Assembly: GCA_937625935.1 (NCBI GenBank)
Contig: OW569363.1
Coordinates: 124,001 to 188,000, forward strand
Direction: 5' to 3'
From: Tetramitus jugosus
Taxonomy: Eukaryota; Protista; Heterolobosea
DNA length: 64,000 bases
Shown here piece by piece: positions 55,371 to 64,000 of this stretch (position 1 is its first letter; the number at the start of each line of letters is the position of its first letter). The notes beneath the pieces were generated by a model. It was not told where the DNA came from. It made no database searches and saw only the letters and a program-made list of their open reading frames with translations. Position numbers and translations under genes: made by a program.

Positions 55371-56456
55371 TTAGTTGGATTGAGGTCTAACCTTGCTCTT
55401 GACAAAGTCAATGGCAGGACGAATGAGCACCAGTCCGTCCGTGTCCTTGTTGTGCGCCAAAATCATTTGCATGTAACCAGCGACAGTTGCACCCAACAAA
55501 TCAGCCACCCAGTACAACCAGTGCTCAGTCCACTTGTTGGCCAACAGTGCAGGACCAAAAGCTCTAGCAGGGTTGTAGCACCCACCAGACACTGTGCCTC
55601 CCACAAGGTTCAAGAAACCAATGGTGAATCCAATGGCAATTGGCGCAAAAGCTCCCTTGGAAGTACCACTCGTGGTGTACACGGTGAGCTTTGGTCTCGT
55701 TCTCTTGCTTGCAGCAGCAGAAGCAGCAGAGGATTGAGGCTTCAATTCAGGTTGATCCGTGTCCAACAACAAGTCATCTGCCTGTTGCTCCAAATCAATC
55801 TCAGCCTTGTTTTGATCCTCGTTTTCAATCTTGTCAAAAGCAGTCGCAAAAATAATGTACACCAAAATAAACGTCAAAATGAATTCCATGACAAAGGCAT
55901 TGTAGAGCTTGGTCTCTGGTCCTCTGGCAACCAACACCTTTGAGGCTGCATCCGTACCAGGGAACGCAATAATCAACACGAGAACAGCCAATGAAGCACC
56001 GACACACTGAGCAGCAATGTACATTAAAAGCTTCAAAAAATCAATTTTTCCAGTGACCCATGTGGCCCAAGTCACAGCAGGATTAAAGTTTGCACCAGAC
56101 ACATCAGCAAAAGAATACACGAGTGCAACTGCCAAGAAACCAGTGCAGAGTGCCATACGGAGTGCCAATGATGTGTTAGAGGCATTGGCCTCAAATTGAT
56201 AATTAAAGGCAGCAGCTGTTCCTACGAAAATGAAGATAAAGGTGCACAAGAGTTCACCAAAAGCAGCCTTTGCCAACAGAATTCTCTTCTGCCAGACAAG
56301 GTTTGGAGGTGTGATGGCAGTGTTGTTGTTGTTGTGGCTTGCAGCTGAATCGGCATGATGATGAGTGGGAGGAGTGGTGTGATGACCACGGTGGCCCAAT
56401 GTGTTGGAGTCATCAAGGTCAACGTCCCTCAGATTGTAATCGTCACGATAGCTCAT
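55371..56456 (-). CDS. Aquaporin / MIP-family channel
   Basis: GE..CTFIF, SGANFNPAVT, E.ILTF.LV, SGGCYNPARAFGPA, HWLYW; long hydrophilic insert in loop D. Confidence 0.95.
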   Translation of the reverse strand: MSYRDDYNLRDVDLDDSNTLGHRGHHTTPPTHHHADSAASHNNNNTAITPPNLVWQKRILLAKAAFGELLCTFIFIFVGTAAAFNYQFEANASNTSLALRMALCTGFLAVALVYSFADVSGANFNPAVTWATWVTGKIDFLKLLMYIAAQCVGASLAVLVLIIAFPGTDAASKVLVARGPETKLYNAFVMEFILTFILVYIIFATAFDKIENEDQNKAEIDLEQQADDLLLDTDQPELKPQSSAASAAASKRTRPKLTVYTTSGTSKGAFAPIAIGFTIGFLNLVGGTVSGGCYNPARAFGPALLANKWTEHWLYWVADLLGATVAGYMQMILAHNKDTDGLVLIRPAIDFVKSKVRPQSN

Positions 56457-56677
56457 ATGATTGGTGGTGTGTGAGTGAGTGAGTGATTGTTGGTTGTTGT
56501 TGTTTGTTGGTGGTTTTGTTGTTGTGGTGCCTGTCAAAAAAAAACGCGTCGAAAACTGTTGTTGATTCGCGAAAATTCGTGTGAACAGCCCCAAATCTAC
56601 ATCATGAATAGGAGGATAAGAAACGGATATCTGCCAAAAAATCTTTTATTTACAAGAATCTCAACAAGGAGCAAAAC

Positions 56678-56750
56678 TGGAGCCACAGGGAATCGAACCC
56701 TGGACCTCATGCATGCAAAGCACGCGCTCTACCAACTGAGCCATGACCCC
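56678..56750 (-). tRNA. tRNA-Ala (TGC)
   Basis: GGGGTCA/TGGCTCC acceptor with G3:U70 and A73; GCTCAGTTGGTAGAGC D arm; CGTGC-TTTGCAT-GCATG anticodon arm; GGTTCGATTCC. Confidence 0.96.
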
Positions 56751-56795
56751 TTGATGCTATTAATAACAAAGAAAGTCGCTATTTTGTAATAGCTC

Positions 56796-57840
56796 AAAAA
56801 ACGCAAAAAAAACGCCGATGAAAAAACGAACACACACCCCTGTTGTTCGTGAGTATGAGAATCCACGACGTCAAGAATGTGCTCAAGAAGCACAACACTG
56901 CCTTTGTTGTGATGGAGTCTGAAACGTATGCCGAAGCTTTGCTTCGGAACGTTCAAGCCATGCCAGTGGAGGTGGAAGCAAAGCGCTTCCTTCCACGCCC
57001 GCGTGACCCTGTCAAGGCTGTCAGCAAGAGGCTGACCAAGATGTATCAAGAGCTCCTGGCTGTGGTGGACGACCTGCGCCACCAAGTCAGTGTGTTAAAA
57101 GAAATGGCTTCCGTCAACCGGATTCCCTTCGCGTCCCCGTCTCCAAGTACGCCGGACCGAATCTCCGAATTCGAACCTTCTACTCCGTCTACGACCGATG
57201 ACTGGGAGTCGATAATGCCGGAGTCCCGCCCCGCCACTCCAACTACGGTCACCCAAGAGCCAACCAACAACACCATGGATGAGGATGCTCGTAACAGAGC
57301 AATCCTCGAGCTAGTATTGAACACCTCCGAGGTGTTCAAGAAAGCCAAGAAGGAGATTGCTGCCCGAGCAATCATGGTGGACCGTGCAAGAAGCACAACC
57401 ACCCAAGAAGATCCAGTTGAGTTGGATCTCTGTAACCCCGACTGTGAGTTACAGAGTCCCCAACTCAACGAGAACAAGAAACGATCAGCACGTGTCACCG
57501 TTGGTGACACTGCTGGCAACAAGATCCCGGCCAGGTTGGCCAGCATCAAGTCAGGTGCACTCCGTAGGTCCTACCAACTGGCTAGGACTACGGAGCCATC
57601 TGACCTCACCAGTGGTGCTCCAGACGGTAGTGGAGGCCCTCGCAACGAATCCCTGAAGAAGGGATCAAAACAACATTCCAAGAAGAGAATGAATCCTGTT
57701 GCGTAGGTCTGCCACTCCTCTGGACAAGCACCACATCATGTTAGACAATTGAGAGCAGGCAAGCCTGCTCTCACACAAAAGAAAAATAAAAGTTCCGCAA
57801 CGTGGTGCTCACGCACCATTTGTTGTTTTAAAAAAAAAAA
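56796..57840 (+). mobile_element. tRNA-upstream retroelement, family A, internal-deletion variant
   Basis: Starts 45 bp from tRNA-Ala; ATG at 56818; lacks about 358 bp of the RRM region; poly(A) 57830-57840 followed by the short TSD (AA)TAGCTC. Confidence 0.9.
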
Positions 57841-57846
57841 TAGCTC

Positions 57847-59146
57847 AAAAAACGCAGAAAAACGGAATCACATGTCTGGTGATTCAACAAATTTGGTGAA
57901 GGAATACGGCAACAGCCGTTATGCAGTGTGGACCACTGCACGGAAAGGCTCTAGGCCAAGTGACAGAGAGGTCGTCATTACCGGCAACGGTAGTGGTGTC
58001 TCTCAGTCAGCATTGGCAAGAAAGATTGGAGAGGAGTTTGGTGACTGGCTCAACCGAGTCCAAGTCATTAAAAGGAAAGGCCAGCAACGCTTTGTTGCAT
58101 GGGTGACGGTCAAGGGTGACCGCATCTATGACTTTGTTGAGTTGTTCAACAAAGAGAGGAGGATTGGCAACAGCACTGCTGCACCCAAGCGCAGTGTTGA
58201 TTGCACAAGAAAGGTTGTCGTCCATGGCATGAAGAACATGTCAGTGGACGACATCAAGAAGCTACTGGGACCTGAGAAGGTTGCCAGTGTGCTCAAGAAG
58301 CGTGACACTGCTTTCGTGGTCATGGGTGATGAAACCTATGCACAAGCAGTGCTCAGCGGAGAGCAAAAGGTCAAGGCCACGGTCACTCGATACGTCGAGC
58401 GGCCACATGATCCCCTCAAGGCTGTCAACAAGAGGTTGACGAAGATGTACGAGGAGCTGCTGACGGTGGTTGACGCACTGCGTCGACAGGTCACAGAACT
58501 CACCAAGGACTTGGCAAAGACAAAGGGTCAAGAGAGCAACAAACCGGTTCCGATACCGGAACTAGAAGTTGCACAAAGAACTGATCCAGATCTAATGGAA
58601 GCAGAAGAACAAAGGAGTACAACACCACTGCCAACAGTGCCTGTTGTACAGCTCAGCGCTGAAAATCAGCAAATACTGGAGCAAGTGAATGCCACTTCTC
58701 CAGTGTTTGCAAGAGCGAAGAAGGAAATTGCTGCATTGGCACTTGCTGCTGCACGCAAAAAGTATGGTTTGACAGAGGACGAACCAGTCATTGTGGATGT
58801 GGATGATGACTCCGAAAAGGAGATTCAGAGTCCACAACTCAATGACAACAAGAAAAGGAGTGCTAGGATCACACTGGGTGATCTGAGGAGCAACAAGGCC
58901 CAAGACAAGAAAAAAACAACAGATGGCTCTGTGTCCATCGGCGGTCCTACTACAAGGTTACGCTCTTTGATGAAGAGCATCAACCAAAACACTCACCTGA
59001 GTGATTCTTCCAACCTGTAGGTGCACCGTCGGGGACAACAAGAGAAGAAGAGTGAATGACGCCCTACGGGTCGTCACTCACAAAACAAGTCAATAAATGA
59101 GCAATCGTGTGCTTGCGCACACTTGGTTGTATGGAACAAAAAAAAA
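57847..59146 (+). mobile_element. tRNA-upstream retroelement, family B, full length
   Basis: Poly(A) 59138-59147; TSD ATTTTGTAATAGCTC at 56781-56795 and 59147-59161 brackets the A+B pair. Confidence 0.9.
57872..59020 (+). CDS. Family B ORF1p-like RNA-binding protein, 382 aa
   Basis: Colinear with 46525-47673, no indels, 20 amino-acid differences by my count. Confidence 0.8.
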   Translation: MSGDSTNLVKEYGNSRYAVWTTARKGSRPSDREVVITGNGSGVSQSALARKIGEEFGDWLNRVQVIKRKGQQRFVAWVTVKGDRIYDFVELFNKERRIGNSTAAPKRSVDCTRKVVVHGMKNMSVDDIKKLLGPEKVASVLKKRDTAFVVMGDETYAQAVLSGEQKVKATVTRYVERPHDPLKAVNKRLTKMYEELLTVVDALRRQVTELTKDLAKTKGQESNKPVPIPELEVAQRTDPDLMEAEEQRSTTPLPTVPVVQLSAENQQILEQVNATSPVFARAKKEIAALALAAARKKYGLTEDEPVIVDVDDDSEKEIQSPQLNDNKKRSARITLGDLRSNKAQDKKKTTDGSVSIGGPTTRLRSLMKSINQNTHLSDSSNL

Positions 59147-59319
59147 ATTTTGTAATAGCTCGCTCAGTTTGCTCGCTTCAAGATCAATGTTCCACTCATT
59201 GTTTGTTCCTTTGGCCAGTGACCGTTTGTTGTTGTTGGATTAGAATTGTGTTTGGACTTTTGTTTGATCAGTTTCTCCGATTCGAACAAAAACACAAACA
59301 CGAAGAGAAAGAACAAGTC

Positions 59320-59917
59320 ATGTCAGACGACAACTCCGTATGTTTCATCTTTCGTTTTCCCTGACCCATACCATTGAATGAATACACCACCAACACCATA
59401 CTCTCTCTCTCCCCAACACACTTATAAATATCTCAACAAAAAAAAAGGCGGTCATTGGAAAAAACTTTGCTCAAATGTACTACAAGGCACTTGATGGCAA
59501 TCGAAGTGCACTTGCAGAGGCATATGAACACGCAAAAGTATTGTGGAACGGTACGCCATATGTTGGAAAAGATCAAATAGGAACACTGTTGGGCAGTTTA
59601 CCTAGTTCCAAGCACTTGGTTCAAACAATTGATTGTCAACCATCATGTATGTGTTTGTTTGTTTGTGTGGTTGTGTGTGAGATCGATCAATTTCTAACTC
59701 AAAAATGCGTTTTCTATTCATGTGCGAAGCATTCGGAGGATCCATTGTGAGCTTTCTTGTGATTGTGAACGGAGTGGTGGAATATGACAACAATCCATCC
59801 ACGAAAAGAATATTTACTCAATATTTTACGCTGTGTGAAGTCAATAATTCGTACTATATTATGAATGATGTGATGAGGTGGGTTGCACCAACGAATCGAA
59901 CCGAAAAGCAAAATTAA
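59320..59917 (+). CDS. NTF2-related export protein (NXT1/p15-like), three exons
   Basis: F.QMYY..LD..R..L...Y, LWNG, LPSS.H....DCQP, F.Q.F.L, I.ND..R; frame-preserving introns 59338-59447 and 59647-59729. Confidence 0.85.
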
Positions 59918-60275
59918 TGACAACAACAAACGAAAACATGAAACGTGTGCTCTGTATTGATAAAAACACGAATTTGAAAGTACATTTTGCTGCAGATCAT
60001 TTATATATATGTTAATCTTTTGTTTTGGGTGGACTTGGATGACAAGAATGATGATGTTTCGTGGATGATAAATAGGAAAATTTTGAACCAAGTTAATTAC
60101 ACCAACCACATCAAAGACGTTCGTCTTTTTCTTCAGTCTGTGGCTGCCTCTCTCTCTCTTGGCACTCGTGGATATCACACGAGAATAAGAGGATATCAAA
60201 TCTAGAGAAAATATATATGTGGTGGCAGTCAGTCTACAATCAGAGGATAATAATATGTTGTTGTTGTTGTTGTTG

Positions 60276-62805
60276 TTATTGGTAAATCTTTGCCAATGAG
60301 TCCGCACCACAGCTTGCCACCAGTGATTTGCTTGGATGATAGGCCACATCGTGTATTCCTTCAGCATACTTGCGACGGTGTGTCGGTATTTCTTGCACAC
60401 AGTTTCTGCTGTGTACGTCCCATATTCTTAGTGAACAGTCGTAGCCACCACTCATGAGGTATTGGCCACATGGACTGAAATCGAGTGCCGAAACAGCATC
60501 GCTGTGTCCTAGTACGTTGTTTTCCGATATGGTCAAGTTGCCGTTGAAGTCGTGGAATCGTATCTTGCTGTCTTCACAACCTGTGGCCAACAATGGCAGT
60601 GATCCATGTGCCACAACCTTGTAAATGAGTTTGGAAGTGTCTGGCCGTGTGCTTGCAATTTGATTTCTCCATAAAGCCTTTCCTGTTTCGATATCCACGA
60701 GTGCCAATTCTCCTGATGTGGAGCTGACAACGAAGCGACTTGGATCGTTGGGCAGAGCAGTCACGCAGGTAGGAACAAAGTTGTCCAACTGAATCACATT
60801 CTGCAAGAAGTGGTCATTGGATGAGGGAGAAGGATAGTTTGGTATTGGTGTGTGGTCAGCAATCTTTGGTAAGCTCCATACGCGAATCGTCTCATCAGAG
60901 GATGCACTGAGAAGACTGTTGCCCGAGACAGACACACTCCACACAGCGTCATCGTGACCAGACAGTGAGAGACTCTCGAATGGAGAGGCATAGCCATGGT
61001 TGGTGTATGGATCGTGATCAAATGGTGGGAAGTTCCACACTCGTACAGTCGTGTCTTCACCAGCACTGAAAATGAATTGATCATTGCAAGTAACTGTGAA
61101 CACAGCACCTGTGTGAGCTCTAAACGTATGCACTGGATCCATGGACTTCTTACCCAGTTTATCAGTGTTCCACATCTTTAGCGTCCAATCTTCAGAGGCA
61201 GTTATTAATACAGGTTCTTCCTTGTGGAAACAAAGAGAACGAACAGAGTCTAAATGACTCGATAATACATATTTTGGCTTCCATATGCGACTTGATAATG
61301 AGCCAATAGCAATACTACTAGAGCTTGAGCTGGACAAGCTATTGACTTCCGACCGTCTTCTCTTTTGTTGCTCCATGTCTTCAAACGCCTCTGCGTCCTG
61401 TGATACTGTGTCTTGATACTTTCCAAACACGTTGTTTGGCTCCAACTTTATATCGATACTGCGCTCAGAAGACTTCTTCTTCTTTGACTTCTTCATGCTA
61501 CCAGAACTGTAACGAGAGAGACTAGGGAACTTGCGAGCCATTTGTTCAGAGAGTGAATCTTCATCCAATGCATCTGTTGTCTTATTGTCATTGGACTTTA
61601 CAGTTGCATCCTGTTGATTCCAATGATCTGCTGCATGCAAGTCATATGTGGGCAACGTTGGCGTCGAGATGGCCGAAATCGGAGAAGTAGGTGTATGACT
61701 ATTTACATGGCTGTTATCTTCATCGTACAATGAATCGCCATTGTTGTGTTTGTTCGTTTCTGAGGGAGCATTCGTTTGAGATTCAACATTGGGCGAGGAA
61801 GACACCACAATTCTTGTTGTGTCAGGTGCTCCCATCACATGATTGGCCAATTCGTCACCTGAACCACCACTACCACTCACCTGTTGCTGTTTCATTGCTG
61901 CAAATCTGGACAGTGAAGTTGCACCAGTGTTCTCTGCATTCATCACTGGTAGATTGGCTGCAGAAGGAACAGAGGACAAAACGGACCAAACATCAGAACA
62001 ATCCAAATCATCCAAACATCTGAAAAACACGGTAGAGGACAAATCATACCAATGGAGAGAGAGAGAGAGAAAAAGAAACGTGTGTGTGTGAGCCAAAGTT
62101 CAATTTCAACAATCAAAAAAGCAACAACAACAAGAGATTGCACATACTTTCGAAGCATTTGTGCACTCTTTGGTGGATATTCCATATTCATGTATTGTGA
62201 GGCAACAGATTGATTGTTATTGTTGTTTGTTGTTGTTGTTGTTGTTGTTGTGGCTGTAGCTACAGGAGGATTCGTTATCAATTGTTCAACACGATTGATC
62301 AATTGTTCTCGTACAGATTCAATACTATTCGTATTATTACTATTGTCATCATTAGAGACATTCTTGATTTCATCTGCTAATGTGTTGAATTTCAATCTAT
62401 TGTGTTTTGAGTTGTAGAAGAGTTGTTGTTAGAGTCCACAACGAGCCAATACAGAATTGAAAGACTATCATCATCATCAACAATGTGAATTCGTGAAAAA
62501 ACATACCTCTCATTCTGCAGCACAAACTCCAGCATCTTGATACGCCTCAATAAATCAAACTGAATTTTTTCGTGAGATTTTCGAGAGCTCTCTAAAAAGT
62601 GTATCGTACGCTTGTATTCCGTTCGTTCTAATTCCCATAATTGACGTTCAGACTCCATCTTTCTATACTCTCTCTGTAAAAAGTGAAGCACACTGGGAAA
62701 GTCCAGTGATGAGGACATGGACGTTGCCGGTGAAGAAGATGGAGAGATTGTGTTCGATGTACCACTACCACTGTTGGTACTGCTGTTCTTTGTGGTACCA
62801 CTCAT
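60276..62805 (-). CDS. STRN: Striatin (STRIPAK scaffold), multi-exon
   Basis: N-terminal striatin domain VLHFLQ.E....E.ER..WE.ER.E...LE...DL.RRIKMLEF.L..ER; C-terminal WD40 repeats (W.PKY.L.SHLD.VR...HRRK..E.IHDVA.HPS); GTATGT donors near 62506 and 62146. Confidence 0.93.
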
Positions 62806-63216
62806 AATAATTGATCGAATCGAATCACGTGTGTGTTGTTGCTGTTAACGACAAAAAATTTGGGTTTGTGTTTTCGGTGGATTTTTGGTTGTTTGTTGGC
62901 AAAAAGCTTTTTTTCAGTTGTCGGACAAATCGATTATTGATTTGAAACGCGAGGTTTGGCTTGGGGGGAGAATAGCTCTCTTGTTTTCTCTGGTGGTGGA
63001 TTGCTTGTGTCCAGATGGATGTTGTTGTACAACAAGCTTGTAGTTCACTCGAGTAATAAGTTATTGGGTTTTGTACGTCGGTGTTGTTGGATTCGGATCT
63101 CGAGACATCGAATTTCTTGATTAGCTTGGGCCTTGTTGAGCTTTGCTTCGTGCAATGAGAGTGGTGCCAGCCACTACACTAAATCGCAACGACGAGAATT
63201 GCCCAACTCAACTCGA

Positions 63217-63707
63217 CTAGCAATCCATGTAATTGGCAGCCAGCAACAACTCAATTGCTAATTCTCGATCTCCTTCCTTGGTGGGATCCAATTTCAACAA
63301 TGGCTCAAACGAAGACAAATAAACACCTCTCATCCTCCGTTCACACAAGTACTCACAAATGATTTCCAGAACGCGAGCAGAGATGTCAGGCAGTGGCACA
63401 CGATCAATGGGGCCAAACGGTCCGGATTCTATAAAGTGAGTGGGATAACAACAAACAAACATAAAAAATCAAAATTGTTTGAACAAAAGGGAGAGAGATG
63501 GAGATGAGATCGACAACAAATTCAACTCGCCAACAAATGATGTGTTCATAACATACCATCTGCTTGCATCATTTCCTTGAGCATTTTTGAGCCACTGGCT
63601 ACACGTTTGCTCACAATGAATTCTAAACCCTCATAACTGACTAACGTGATAAATTCGTTATCTTTGTACAGTTCATCTGGAGATACAATTTCTGCTGTCA
63701 AGTCCAT
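63217..63707 (-). CDS. Elongin C-like (Skp1/BTB family), two exons
   Basis: ITLVS.EG.EFIV....A..S.ML; intron 63429-63556; DI..RVLE.ICEY...AIELLLAANYMDC. Confidence 0.8.
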
Positions 63708-64000
63708 AATTGATCTTAGCTGCTTTTCTCTCTCAAAAAGAACTCAAAAAAATTTGAGCACGGAGAAATGGCGGTGATCTTGGCGCCTCTTTCACTGGTG
63801 CGTTCACTACGAACTGAAGGGGAAAAGTTGACACTCCGATGAGAAAGTAACAGCATTCAAGTATCACTGGAATATGGAAGATGAATCCAATGGGCAGTAT
63901 TCTGCCATTCTATCTCATTTCGCTTATTTTCACTCTTCGATAAAAGACCCTAACTTAACTGAGTACCAGAGGAAGTTTGGAGTTTTATTGGCAACGACCG

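Noticed and set aside
44970-59146. A single inverted segmental duplication or a large TIR element explaining the A/B repeats
   Set aside because: The A/B order relative to the tRNA differs, the tRNAs and flanks are unrelated, and each unit has its own TSD and poly(A).

Overview
Gene-dense, intron-poor nuclear DNA of a microbial eukaryote (standard code, short GTATGT/GTAAGT..AG introns, many poly-Q/T/N tracts; a discoban/heterolobosean-like protist is plausible but is inference). Positions ~7.8-14.7 kb hold decayed transposon fragments (integrase zinc-finger remnant, disrupted Mutator/MULE transposase, piggyBac remnant). From 15 kb on there is a tight run of housekeeping genes: glutaminase, FATP, CDK10-like, NDUFA6, ARP6, Ub-RPL40, CCDC77, UPF3, aquaporin, NXT1, striatin and Elongin C. 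The main discovery is that all three tRNA genes found (Gln-TTG, Asp-GTC, Ala-TGC) have a related element inserted about 44-56 bp upstream, always with its 5' end facing the tRNA. The four complete copies are 1.0-1.4 kb with poly(A) tails and target-site duplications; a fifth copy is chimeric and 3'-incomplete. There are two families (A and B). They encode only one tandem-RRM plus coiled-coil protein (ORF1p-like) and no reverse transcriptase or endonuclease, and they stack in tandem in opposite orders at different tRNAs. This looks like a tRNA-gene-targeted, ORF1-only, non-autonomous non-LTR retroelement system.
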